This document shows, piece after piece, positions 33,937-44,186 of a stretch of DNA of 64,000 nt. The DNA lies in IMG/VR virus record IMGVR_UViG_3300028840_003271, positions 64,001 through 128,000 of that record. One strand, written 5' to 3'. Below the pieces are notes generated by a model. It was not told the origin of the DNA and ran no database searches. It worked only from the letters and a program-made list of their open reading frames with translations. The position numbers and the translations under genes were made by a program. Origin of the DNA: a virus. Numbering within the stretch: position 1 is the first letter of the stretch; each line of letters opens with the position of its first letter.

Positions 33937-35361
33937 ATGGAGAATAAAATGCTACTTATGTCGGAAACTTTAGAAAAATATGGTTATTCTTATGACGAAC
34001 TTAGTTATGGTTCTAAAAAACCAATCATTGTTCAGTGTGATTATTGTAATAAAATTTATGAAACAAATAAAAAACGACGACTTAAAGCAAACGAATTAGT
34101 AGATAAAGACGCTTGTATAAATTGTAAATTCAAAAAGCGTGCTGATATAAGTATGTGTAAATATGGAGTAGATAATATATCAAAATTAGAGAGTGTGAAA
34201 AATAAAATACGAAACAAAAATCAAGATAGATTGAAATCTGAAGAATATAAACAACAGCACAAGAAAATTATGTTAGAAAAATATGGTGTAGAATCAGCAT
34301 TTCAAAATAAAGATTTAAAGGAGAAACAAAAGAAAACAATGTTAGAAAGATACGGTGTTGAACATTTTGCTCAAAATAAAGAACGACATAAATTAACTAC
34401 AAAAAAAATGATTGAAACAAAAATAAAGCGTGGAAAAATCAAACTATATGATGGTAAAACACGACCGACCATTGCTAAAGAACTTGGATTTTCTCGTTCT
34501 CATTTTGGTAAAATGGTAAATAAATATGGATATGATAAAGCAAAATTGATGACACATTATGAAACCAGTTTAGAAAAAATGTTTAGAGAATGGGTAGACA
34601 CTTTAGAAATAGATTATCAAAAGCAATTTCGGGTAGAAAATAAAGTGGCCGACCTATATTTTTCTTCTCATAAAATAATTGTTGAATTGGATGGTTTATA
34701 TTGGCATTGCGAATTAACCACACCAGATTATCTTTATCATTATAATAAATACGAGTGCTATATTAAAAACGGTTATTATCCATTATTTTTCCGTGAAGAT
34801 GAACTTACAAATCCAATTAAATTTAAGATAATTCAATCTATGGTTTTGAACAAGTTGGGACGAAGTAAAAAATTAGGAGCAAGGAAATGTGATATTTTAA
34901 TGTTAGATAATAAAAAAGATATTGAAGAATGTAGAAAATTTGTTAACGAAAACCACTTAATGGGAGTTGGGGCTGGACAATATTTTATACTCAAATACTC
35001 TGGACAAATTATGTCTGTATTATGTTTAAAGAGAAAAAAAGAAGATGAATATGAAATTTCACGCTTTTGTTCTCGTCGAGACTATTCTATAACCGGAGCT
35101 TTTTCTCGTCTTTTAAATTTTGCTGAAAATCGTGTAAAAATGTCGTCGTTGTCTACTTTTATTGATCGAAGATATGGAAGTGGAAATTATTTACCAAATT
35201 TGGGTTTTATAAAAAAGACAAATTATCCAAGTTTTAAATGGACTGATGGGTTGGAGACTTTTCATCGAATGAAATTTCCAAAAAACACTGGCTATGATAA
35301 AGGATTGGTAAAATTATGGGATTGTGGACAGGTAAGGTGGACCAAAGAATATGGTGTATAA
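33937..35361 (+). CDS. Hef-like homing endonuclease (Zn ribbon, KYGV repeats, DUF559/Vsr-like nuclease, GNAT-like C-terminus)
   Basis: KYGV/RYGV repeats; ADLY...IVELDGLYWH; ENHLMG, YEISRFC, WDCG. Confidence 0.8.
   Translation: MENKMLLMSETLEKYGYSYDELSYGSKKPIIVQCDYCNKIYETNKKRRLKANELVDKDACINCKFKKRADISMCKYGVDNISKLESVKNKIRNKNQDRLKSEEYKQQHKKIMLEKYGVESAFQNKDLKEKQKKTMLERYGVEHFAQNKERHKLTTKKMIETKIKRGKIKLYDGKTRPTIAKELGFSRSHFGKMVNKYGYDKAKLMTHYETSLEKMFREWVDTLEIDYQKQFRVENKVADLYFSSHKIIVELDGLYWHCELTTPDYLYHYNKYECYIKNGYYPLFFREDELTNPIKFKIIQSMVLNKLGRSKKLGARKCDILMLDNKKDIEECRKFVNENHLMGVGAGQYFILKYSGQIMSVLCLKRKKEDEYEISRFCSRRDYSITGAFSRLLNFAENRVKMSSLSTFIDRRYGSGNYLPNLGFIKKTNYPSFKWTDGLETFHRMKFPKNTGYDKGLVKLWDCGQVRWTKEYGV
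35353..35361 (+). promoter_or_regulatory. putative late promoter GGTGTATAA
   Basis: Upstream of 35406 gene. Confidence 0.7.
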
Positions 35362-35405
35362 TTTAATATAATATGACGATATAACACTTTTATAGGACTA
35401 GAATT

Positions 35406-36125
35406 ATGACCCCTTTTTTTCTCTATAAATATAAGTATGGATTATTTATTTTGTTGTTTTTAACATTATTATTACCTTCTTTTGGTTTTACGCAAGGTAT
35501 TACTCCATTACCAAGCTTAGATCGTTCTTATCGTGGAGGTGGTACGGTTACGGTAGATATTTCTAATGTGGTTTGGAATATGACGAGTACATATGATTTT
35601 TTGGTTCAAGATGATGGAACAACTTTTTTTAGAATTATTGATACTGGTGATATTGAAATTCCTTTAGATGATGCTGAAATTCGATTTGGTACTGGTTCTG
35701 ATGCTTATATAACTTTTGATGGTGATAGTTTAAATATTGTTGCTAATAATGTTACTGCTACTGATGATTTTAGTATAACTGCTGATACAATGGTAGTAAA
35801 TTCGGAAGTGGCATACACTCCTTCAAGTGATCAATCTCAAGCTAATGATTCAGCTATTACTGTAACTAAACGAGTTATGAGAGTTGTGGGAGACGGTGGT
35901 GCTGTAGTTTTAGACACTTCTCCTTCTGTAAATGATGGTGAATATGATGGACAAGAGGTGGTTATTCAAGGAACTTCAGATGTAAATACAGTTCAGATTA
36001 CGGATAATACTAATGTTCAATTAGATGAAGACACGGCAGTTACATTAGGTAAGGGTGATACGTTACATTTACTATGGGATTCTGGTGATTCTGATTGGTA
36101 CGAGTTGGGTCGTTCGGACCCTTAA
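35406..36125 (+). CDS. acidic beta-rich fibre-like protein with signal peptide
   Basis: KYKY plus hydrophobic stretch; C-terminal DGQEVVIQG...LGKGDTLHLLWD...WYE domain. Confidence 0.65.
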   Translation: MTPFFLYKYKYGLFILLFLTLLLPSFGFTQGITPLPSLDRSYRGGGTVTVDISNVVWNMTSTYDFLVQDDGTTFFRIIDTGDIEIPLDDAEIRFGTGSDAYITFDGDSLNIVANNVTATDDFSITADTMVVNSEVAYTPSSDQSQANDSAITVTKRVMRVVGDGGAVVLDTSPSVNDGEYDGQEVVIQGTSDVNTVQITDNTNVQLDEDTAVTLGKGDTLHLLWDSGDSDWYELGRSDP

Positions 36126-36186
36126 ATACCCCCCCGGCTTTTCCTGGAGCTGAGGGGGTTGGAGCAATAACAGGAGATGGTGATTC

Positions 36187-39153
36187 ATGATAAATAGAAT
36201 AGTTATATTTATTGTTATGTTATTAGTTCCGACAGTTGCTGTTGCTGGTTGGCGAAATTCATCTTGTACTGTATATCATGTTACGAGTTTATCTGGAGAT
36301 GGAACAGGAAGTGGTACATTTCGAGATGCTGTTGCTGCTGATGGAGACGATATTGATACACCAAGAATTGTAGTTTTTGATATTGGTGGAATGATTCGGC
36401 CGACTAGTAGAATTAGTATTACGCGAAACAATTTGTATATCGCAGGTCAGACTGCACCAGGTGGAATTACGATTGCTGGAGCGGAAGTAAGGATACCTGG
36501 TACGTTTCATGCCGATGGAGAGCGGGATGAAGGAGATAATACTTATCACGATATTTGTATTCGTCATGTTCGGTTCTATTGTAATCACCTCGATACATCT
36601 TCTCAGCGGGGTAGTCTCCGCAGTTTTTCAGCAATCAACGCAGACCGGTTGATTCTTGACCATTGTTCGTTTATGGGGTCGTCGGATGAGTCGCCTGGAT
36701 TCTATCTCTGCGACGACGTTACGCTGAGTCATTGTGTCATCTTCGATCCGGCTCTTTGTGGTCAGGGCGGGGGATACCATGACGAGGGCAATCACCACTT
36801 TGGTCCTCTGTTCTCGTATTCCGACTTTGGCCAGTATGACGTACATCATTGCCTGCTCGCCAACGTCTACTACAGGATGCCTAATATCGCGGTGCCTGAT
36901 GGTTTGGGCTGCGAAATGATTAACAACGTGTTCTTCAACTGGGAGGCACTTGGTCCTTGGGTGATGTGTAATCATGCTGAGGCTTATTGCAACTACGAAG
37001 GCAACTCGATGATTGCTGGGGCCAGTAGTGTTGCCGCAGGCAAGAAGAAGTTCATGTTCTCGCCAGACGGATCGTATGATCTTTTACTTTATCGTAATGA
37101 TAATGATTATCATATCGACGGGAGCTGGGAGGATTGGACTGCTACACACAGTGTTGATATGTATGATCCCGATGGTGATAAAAATGAACAGGAATCGCGA
37201 TGGACAAGTCCAACATTATGGCCTATTACAAGATCTGCTAGAGCAACTGCTTATACGAACGTACTAGCAAATGCTGGGGCTTGGCCGAGAGATGCGGCTG
37301 TGCGAAAATTGGTTGCTGATGTAGCTAATCTTCAATCTGGTGGTTCAATGGGATTAAAGTATCCAATTGAACATTTTTCGAGTGATAGTGATGGGCCAAC
37401 TGCTGCTGCCAATGACGATGATCGTGATGGAATGAACGATACTTGGGAAGACGAAAATGGGTACGATAAAACCGATGCAACTGATTTTAAAGAATTTGTT
37501 ACTAGTGGTGAGTATGATGGTTTTATGGCAATCGAGTGGTATCTTGAGACGCTGCACGATGCGAAAGAGGCGGTTGATGGTACGCTGCGTACCCTGACGC
37601 TTTCCAAGACCGGAACCGGGGCCATCTGTCCATCATATGGTCGCATTACCCAGGATGGTCTATTCGCCTGGGGTGGACGCGACATGGGGCAGTGGTATGG
37701 GCAGATTGATCTCGTCACCAACTCTCCCTACAGTTACAACGATGGCTCGATTGTTGTGTTACGGGCACGTCCGACTCGCAAGCCGGGTTACGATGATAGT
37801 GTTGCTGGTACGGTCTTTAGCAAATGGGACTGTGACGGCGAGGACATAGATGAACAGACCGCACCTCACATCGAATTCCCGATTGGAAAAGATCTGACAA
37901 TTGATGCCGTTTTTACCAACGCTACTCAACGAACTATTACTACGACTGTTGATGGGACTGGGACTGTATGGGGTGGTGGTGATTATGATGATGGTGAAGT
38001 GGTAACACTTATTGCTTATAGTACTGGTGGTACACACGACTTTAAACAATGGAACCAAACGGCTGGAGATGCTCATGCAATGGATGGGCATGACGGACCA
38101 ATTCTTCAATTTCATGCAGATGGTGATTATACGTGGGAAGCCGAATTTGAGGCAGGTTCGGCCGATGACGTGTTGATCGACGACTTTGACGACCAAGACC
38201 TAAGCGATACGGAATGGGGTAGTTTGACATGGATTCTTGGAGGTGTGCCTGGTGCATTTGGGGCTTCTTCCGGTTTAGAGCATTATGACTTCGGCGGCGG
38301 TGACTATGGCATTCGATACTATCAGCAGTCAGGCGGGATTGCCAATCTGATCCTGCGAAGGGACACGGCCGAACCTCCGAACGGACTTGGGGTAGACCCA
38401 TACTACGAGATTCCCGATGGCACGGTCGCCTTGGCATTTGACATCCACAACAAAGATGACGGGGCCGATGTGGCTAAGCTCGATCCCCAGTTGTCGCCAT
38501 ATGGTAGAAGTTGTCCGTTTGAATATGCAGACAGATTTTATGTGGCATGGAAAGTCGGCGATAGTAGTTGGGGTTGGGACGACCGCGAGGACAATCGGTT
38601 TTGGCACCACTTCAGCGACAGATGGAGGGTGCCAGAGATTGCAGTAGACGCCAGCCATACTGTGGTGATCCCGCTGATTTTCTTAAATGGGCACACTTAC
38701 GATACCGATCATCAGGTCACAGATCAATCCAAGTTTGGCGTATTCTGGGCGGAGTATTTTCTGCATGCCCGCGTTTGGGATGATGCCTGGGTAGTCATGG
38801 ATGATATTCGGTGGTTGCGGGCTGATACGGCCGCGTTGAGTTGGTCGGACGTGACGCCCGTTGCTCACGCGGGAGCTGACCAGACCACAAAGGACTTTGA
38901 TTCATCCGGCGGTGAGACTATTCTTTTGGATGGCACGAAGTCGATTTGCCCAGATGGCGAGATGATTGCTGAGGCAAACTACGATTGGAGTTGGACGGAC
39001 GAAGGTGGGGAGAAGACAGCGGAAGGACCAACTGCACTGGTGACAATTGAGGAAGATGACGGTGACACGGTAACTGTTACTCTTACAATTACGGATGGAG
39101 ATAACGATACGGATACAGATACCGTAGATATTACAATAGCGGCTCCGCCATAA
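36187..39153 (+). CDS. secreted pectate lyase (PL1-like) with Ig-like repeats and C-terminal PKD-like domain
   Basis: Signal peptide AVA; VTSL..G.GTFRDAV, PRIVVFD.GG.I, IAGQTAPGG, DHCSF..SSDE, RMP, DxDxDGM.D.WE; PVAHAGADQT. Confidence 0.85.
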   Translation: MINRIVIFIVMLLVPTVAVAGWRNSSCTVYHVTSLSGDGTGSGTFRDAVAADGDDIDTPRIVVFDIGGMIRPTSRISITRNNLYIAGQTAPGGITIAGAEVRIPGTFHADGERDEGDNTYHDICIRHVRFYCNHLDTSSQRGSLRSFSAINADRLILDHCSFMGSSDESPGFYLCDDVTLSHCVIFDPALCGQGGGYHDEGNHHFGPLFSYSDFGQYDVHHCLLANVYYRMPNIAVPDGLGCEMINNVFFNWEALGPWVMCNHAEAYCNYEGNSMIAGASSVAAGKKKFMFSPDGSYDLLLYRNDNDYHIDGSWEDWTATHSVDMYDPDGDKNEQESRWTSPTLWPITRSARATAYTNVLANAGAWPRDAAVRKLVADVANLQSGGSMGLKYPIEHFSSDSDGPTAAANDDDRDGMNDTWEDENGYDKTDATDFKEFVTSGEYDGFMAIEWYLETLHDAKEAVDGTLRTLTLSKTGTGAICPSYGRITQDGLFAWGGRDMGQWYGQIDLVTNSPYSYNDGSIVVLRARPTRKPGYDDSVAGTVFSKWDCDGEDIDEQTAPHIEFPIGKDLTIDAVFTNATQRTITTTVDGTGTVWGGGDYDDGEVVTLIAYSTGGTHDFKQWNQTAGDAHAMDGHDGPILQFHADGDYTWEAEFEAGSADDVLIDDFDDQDLSDTEWGSLTWILGGVPGAFGASSGLEHYDFGGGDYGIRYYQQSGGIANLILRRDTAEPPNGLGVDPYYEIPDGTVALAFDIHNKDDGADVAKLDPQLSPYGRSCPFEYADRFYVAWKVGDSSWGWDDREDNRFWHHFSDRWRVPEIAVDASHTVVIPLIFLNGHTYDTDHQVTDQSKFGVFWAEYFLHARVWDDAWVVMDDIRWLRADTAALSWSDVTPVAHAGADQTTKDFDSSGGETILLDGTKSICPDGEMIAEANYDWSWTDEGGEKTAEGPTALVTIEEDDGDTVTVTLTITDGDNDTDTDTVDITIAAPP

Positions 39154-39212
39154 TGATAAGATATATTATGAGAAAAAAACAGCAGTTTTGTTATTATATG
39201 GTATTTAACAAT

Positions 39213-41198
39213 TTATGCTGTTTGTGGTATAGCCCATTTATTTCCATCTGTATTCATACAAATCAAGTTTGCACCATATCCAGATGTTAGCACTAAGTTT
39301 CCAGCTCCGACATCTAAATTAGCACTATCATTTAATGTACAACTTCCGCTAAAAGCTACTAAACGAACTTGTTGTCCACGCCAACCATTAGTAAGAGTAT
39401 TAATACTACCACTACCAGTTAAATATATTAAATAATTTGGACCCATAGCAGTTTTTACAGACACGGTTGATGATATTGGAATTTTAATACCGTCGCTATA
39501 AAGATAATTTTGATATCTTAATTTACTAGCATCGAAAATGTGTGGATTAATGTATGTTGTATACGAACCAGAATTTATAACATCTTGTATTGGTCTTGGA
39601 TAATAGACCCACCAATTTTCTGCCAAATTAGCACCGTCTGTTTTTGCATATATGGATTCTACATAAGTGTAGAGACAATTAGTATCAATAGAAACAAAAC
39701 ACTCATAAAAATTTCGACCTCTTACATTTTTAACAGAACAAGCATTGCAATCTATTAATTCGACACATCTTCTTGGTGCTCGTCTTTTTACTGCACTGAT
39801 AGCATATAATCTGGCTGTACCACCATTATCACCACCTGGATCTTCGTTTAATGTTACAACACCACCAGTAACACCAGATATAGTATAAATTCCTGGTGTA
39901 ACACCAGTAGCAATACTATCCCAAAGATAGACTTCGTCTCCATTTTCTAACATAGTAGATGCCCAACTAGATCCAACATCTTGCACTGTTTGATCAATTT
40001 GGTCTACTTTTAGGCTTGGTTTAGAGGCTGCTGTACCTATCGTAATTGTTGTACTTACGTTTTCTATTGAACAATTTTCTGCTTTTTCCATACGTATAAA
40101 TGTATCAGCCAATGTTAATACGTCCGCTTCTTCATATCGTATGTCACGCAAAGTTACGTTGTCTCCATGTATAATAGATAGTGGATAATAATTTGTTGTT
40201 AAACCAGAAGAATTAAAATTAACTTCTTCAAAATGTAAGCTGTTTACACTCATTGAATCGCAATTGAAATATGTTCCACATCGTAAATCGTATTTAGGAT
40301 CAGAAGCTAAATCAATGTCTAAAGTATGTGTTGAAGATTCACCAGTAATAGTTTCATTTTCATCAAAATCACCACTACCGCTTGGATGATGTACAACAAT
40401 TTGGGTACTGGCAGGATGAGCACTCCATCCTAGAAAGATACCCGCATTACCACTATTTCCAGAAAGTTTTTCTAATGGCCAAAAAGTGGTTTGAAAAGCA
40501 CTTTCACTCCAATTATCAACATTATAACTTTTAATAACAGGTACTTGTGTTGCAGATTTACCAAATACAGATAATTGTTCAGTTTTACAACCATTTGCTC
40601 GTAAAAACATTGTTCCCATACCGTTAGCGTTTGAAATATTAATGTGTTTATAGTTACCAAACCATGCATCATTAGCTATTAAACCACAAAATTTAGAATT
40701 ATGTATATAAACTCGATATAACATTCCTTTATTTAAACGATTGGTATATATTCCAGCAATTTTACCATTACAATTTAACATAATATTGGATAACACACGA
40801 CCAACATATTCGGCGTCTGGAGAAAAGTTTATAAAAAACGTGTTCATATGTGGTTGATCGGCTCCACCCCAATTTAACCACACATTGCCTTCACCACGTA
40901 ATGTACAACCTGTTTTTTGATTTGGTCTCCAGTGTCCATTACTTTGTGAATATCCAATGTATAAAGGTGAGCCTATAGCATATTGTCCTGCTGATAATAT
41001 TATTTCTGGAGAAAAGAATCCTTCATTGGCTCCCCAATCATAAATAGACGATTGAGCCTCGTTAATAGCTGCTTGAATTTCAATATGATCATTTACATTG
41101 TCACAAACATAATCAGCACCACATTTAATACGATCACTAGCATTATTAGCTGCAATATAAATTTGACCAGTTTTTTGTTTTGTTGATTTTAAACCCAT
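39213..41198 (-). CDS. tailspike-like right-handed beta-helix protein
   Basis: ADYVCDNVNDHIEIQAAI...IILSAGQYAI pectate-lyase-3-like N-terminus. Confidence 0.75.
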   Translation of the reverse strand: MGLKSTKQKTGQIYIAANNASDRIKCGADYVCDNVNDHIEIQAAINEAQSSIYDWGANEGFFSPEIILSAGQYAIGSPLYIGYSQSNGHWRPNQKTGCTLRGEGNVWLNWGGADQPHMNTFFINFSPDAEYVGRVLSNIMLNCNGKIAGIYTNRLNKGMLYRVYIHNSKFCGLIANDAWFGNYKHINISNANGMGTMFLRANGCKTEQLSVFGKSATQVPVIKSYNVDNWSESAFQTTFWPLEKLSGNSGNAGIFLGWSAHPASTQIVVHHPSGSGDFDENETITGESSTHTLDIDLASDPKYDLRCGTYFNCDSMSVNSLHFEEVNFNSSGLTTNYYPLSIIHGDNVTLRDIRYEEADVLTLADTFIRMEKAENCSIENVSTTITIGTAASKPSLKVDQIDQTVQDVGSSWASTMLENGDEVYLWDSIATGVTPGIYTISGVTGGVVTLNEDPGGDNGGTARLYAISAVKRRAPRRCVELIDCNACSVKNVRGRNFYECFVSIDTNCLYTYVESIYAKTDGANLAENWWVYYPRPIQDVINSGSYTTYINPHIFDASKLRYQNYLYSDGIKIPISSTVSVKTAMGPNYLIYLTGSGSINTLTNGWRGQQVRLVAFSGSCTLNDSANLDVGAGNLVLTSGYGANLICMNTDGNKWAIPQTA

Positions 41199-41199
41199 T

Positions 41200-41673
41200 T
41201 TATACCTCTATTAACCATGTTCCTTCTTGTGATAATGTATACCAACAACCGGTTGTAGCAGCAAATAAAGTGATAATAGATCCTATTCCAGTAGAACTGA
41301 TATATCCACCTTTAATACCAGAAATGGTTCCTACCCATATATGATCTACATCATTAGCTGTAACTTTTAAACCGTGTGTTGTATTAACAATAAAAGACAT
41401 TTCTACTCCACCAGATGCTACTGGTAAATTAAATAAAACATGTTCAATAGCATTATTAGTATTAAACATATAATTTTGATGAGTATAATTTAATGCATGT
41501 GTTCCAGATGCTATACCAGAAATTGGAATTGAATGCATAGAACCCGTACTGGCAAGATGATCACCAATTAATTGAAAATTATCAGTTAAAGCTTGACCAC
41601 CATCTCCTTCTAATGGTTCTGGACGAACAATTTTTATACCAGTATGATTATATGTAACTAATATAACACTCAT
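41200..41673 (-). CDS. putative virion fibre/decoration protein
   Basis: TAATG coupling at 41673; homologous to C-terminal part of 41673..42878. Confidence 0.7.
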   Translation of the reverse strand: MSVILVTYNHTGIKIVRPEPLEGDGGQALTDNFQLIGDHLASTGSMHSIPISGIASGTHALNYTHQNYMFNTNNAIEHVLFNLPVASGGVEMSFIVNTTHGLKVTANDVDHIWVGTISGIKGGYISSTGIGSIITLFAATTGCWYTLSQEGTWLIEV

Positions 41674-42878
41674 TATGTTGATATACTCCAATGACCTAAT
41701 GATTTTCTTACTATCCAAGTGGTGGTATCTATAGCAACCAATCTAATAACAGACCCTTTATTAGATGATTCTATATATCCATTACTATTACTTACTATTG
41801 TACCACTTCTAATTATGCTATTATTAGTAGCTGTTGCTCGTAATGTTTGACTATTTTTTTCAACTAAAAAAATAAATTCGTCTCCTATTACGGGTGTTGG
41901 TAAATTTAAATTAATAGATGTTGTAGCATTTCGATTGGAAAATATTTGTTGGCGTTGATTACTAACTAAATTAGTATTGTTTGCTAATACATGCGTTTTT
42001 CTATAATGTGGATTATTAGTTGTAACCATATGATCGGCTATTAAAATAAAATTATCATTTAATGCCATGCCAACATCGGTAGTTGTTCTACCACGAACAT
42101 ATTTAATACCACTATTATTATATCTATCCAAAGTCGGTTCATCGATAGATCTAAAACTTTGTAGAGGATAAAAAAGTATGTGTGGATTTGTGGAGTGTTG
42201 AATTATTTCAGATTGTGATAATGTACGATTATATATAGCTAAAAACAATAAACCACCATTTAAACAATAAGAAGCATTATTACCATGTTTACCTATTTTC
42301 CAACTTTCAGTAGAAGTGGCCACGCTTTTTGTTTTGGTTTTTATACCATATTGTTTTCCATCTCGATAAAAAACTACACGATTATTAGAATTAATTGTTA
42401 CACCAATACATATCCATTTATTAGTTGTATAATTTAAACATACATTTGAAGATCTTAAATCGTCAGCCGCACTACCATCACCTAAGATTAATTTTAAATT
42501 GGCTGGGGTGGCTGTTGATAAATTTAATCTATGTGTAGCGGCTGTAGCACCCTGGCTATTACTTATAATGCCATAATTACTGGCAAATGTATTCCATTTT
42601 ATCCAAGCAACAATACTAAGATTAAAATTACCTACAGCTAAAGTGTCTAAAATAGGAAATTGGTCTAAATCAATCCAACCATTAGAATTTGGTATATTAA
42701 TAAAAGGACCATATTGATGAGTATTCCAATTAATTCCAGTAGAACCTTTTTCTATGCCGTGGTTATCATATCCAGAATAGTCTCGAATGAATTTATGAGT
42801 ATTGCATAAAAACGGAGCATAACATGCTACTAAACCTTTCCATAAATTAGATTTTGGATAATGATAGGTTGTTAACAT
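41673..42878 (-). CDS. LamG/concanavalin-A-like domain virion protein
   Basis: GLVACY, DYSG..NHG, SIVAWIK, W.CIGVT, FYRDGK, IYNRTLS.SEI. Confidence 0.85.
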   Translation of the reverse strand: MLTTYHYPKSNLWKGLVACYAPFLCNTHKFIRDYSGYDNHGIEKGSTGINWNTHQYGPFINIPNSNGWIDLDQFPILDTLAVGNFNLSIVAWIKWNTFASNYGIISNSQGATAATHRLNLSTATPANLKLILGDGSAADDLRSSNVCLNYTTNKWICIGVTINSNNRVVFYRDGKQYGIKTKTKSVATSTESWKIGKHGNNASYCLNGGLLFLAIYNRTLSQSEIIQHSTNPHILFYPLQSFRSIDEPTLDRYNNSGIKYVRGRTTTDVGMALNDNFILIADHMVTTNNPHYRKTHVLANNTNLVSNQRQQIFSNRNATTSINLNLPTPVIGDEFIFLVEKNSQTLRATATNNSIIRSGTIVSNSNGYIESSNKGSVIRLVAIDTTTWIVRKSLGHWSIST

Positions 42879-42884
42879 TATACA

Positions 42885-43325
42885 TTATATGCTAAATGGT
42901 GTAGATTTTTGGCCAGAAGCACTATTAAATACTATTGCTGTTACGAAATCGGCGTCTTTTTGTATGTCAGATTCAGCTTTGTCGTTTGGCCATGTTGTTC
43001 CAGCATCGATTGAGTGTTCTATATATAATTCTACGGTTCCGTTAGCAGTACCACTAGTATGTGTTACATCAAAAATTCCGTGTAGACCTAAATCTACTTC
43101 AGATGAATTATCTTGAGACGATCCTTTTTCAGATCCACTAATTGCTAAAATGTCACCACCACCAAACGTATTTAATGCTCCAGTTATAGCGGTTCCATAA
43201 ACTAGTTGACCATTACTATTAAATCTCCAAGGCATGTAGCTTACACCTATAGAACATCCTGTATTACGATGCATATCTACGCCACTATTATTAAAAGCTA
43301 TAAAACGAAAAGTTTGTGGTAACAT
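42885..43325 (-). CDS. putative virion protein
   Basis: G/S/T-rich beta composition within structural block. Confidence 0.6.
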   Translation of the reverse strand: MLPQTFRFIAFNNSGVDMHRNTGCSIGVSYMPWRFNSNGQLVYGTAITGALNTFGGGDILAISGSEKGSSQDNSSEVDLGLHGIFDVTHTSGTANGTVELYIEHSIDAGTTWPNDKAESDIQKDADFVTAIVFNSASGQKSTPFSI

Positions 43326-43334
43326 TTTAATTTC

Positions 43335-43871
43335 CTATAATCGAGTAGTAGAACCATAATTTGTTCGACTTCTATTATTTTCTGTAATTCCAGACAAATT
43401 AGTTGGATCAAAGTCGTTAGAAACAAACGGTGACATAACGGCTTTAACAATTTCAGCATTACCAAATATCCACGATTGTTTTAATTGTTCATAAGCAGCA
43501 CACGGACCTCTTTCTAATAAAGTATTAAATCCATCTAAATGTTTCAAAGTGTCAAGCTGTGTTGGTCCACATTTTGCTTTAATTCCAGCTAAAAGTGCTT
43601 TTGAACGATACGTACTCCAGTCCGTAAGACATGCGGCTTTTAAACAAGTAAAATTAACAAATGCATCGTCATCAAGTGATACTGGATCTGGAGAAATTGT
43701 AGGAGGAGCAAAAGTAATAGTATATGTATTAGCAAAATCCATTTCAAGGTCAACATATTGTGCAGCAACTACAAGAATTTGTTCTAAGCGTCGATCAGAA
43801 TATGTAGGAGTAGTTCCTAAATCACTAATTAAAACTCGTAAAATTTCAATCATAGAGTCTTTCCAAGCCAT
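43335..43871 (-). CDS. putative head-tail adaptor/connector
   Basis: Helical N-terminus LRVLISD...YSD.RL typical of head-tail connectors. Confidence 0.6.
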   Translation of the reverse strand: MAWKDSMIEILRVLISDLGTTPTYSDRRLEQILVVAAQYVDLEMDFANTYTITFAPPTISPDPVSLDDDAFVNFTCLKAACLTDWSTYRSKALLAGIKAKCGPTQLDTLKHLDGFNTLLERGPCAAYEQLKQSWIFGNAEIVKAVMSPFVSNDFDPTNLSGITENNRSRTNYGSTTRL

Positions 43872-43880
43872 TGTTTTCTC

Positions 43881-44186
43881 CTAAGTGTCGCTTACTTGTA
43901 ATAAACCGTCGCCTTCTAATATTTGACTATTACTTGTAACTATTAAAATCTCAATTCTATAAACTCGTCCGTGTGTACCACCAGCGATATTAAAAGTAAC
44001 GGTTTGTGATGATATTGATTCTCCACTAATAGTTAGATTTCCTGTGCCACCACCGCGATATTCGTTTGTAATACTAGTAATACTTGAAATTGTTTCTCCG
44101 GTAGACATTTTTCCACCAAAATTCATGGAAAAAGATTTGGTTTCACTAGGTTGTTTTTCTAAAATTCTTGGAGCGGTTTCAGACAT
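43881..44186 (-). CDS. small Ig-like phage virion protein
   Basis: KQPSE..SFSMNF...GETI...IAGGT.G.VYRI pattern. Confidence 0.65.
   Translation of the reverse strand: MSETAPRILEKQPSETKSFSMNFGGKMSTGETISSITSITNEYRGGGTGNLTISGESISSQTVTFNIAGGTHGRVYRIEILIVTSNSQILEGDGLLQVSDT

Noticed and set aside
36289-38868. Many alternate-frame and antisense ORFs within the pectate lyase gene
   Set aside because: Shadow ORFs expected from the locally higher GC.
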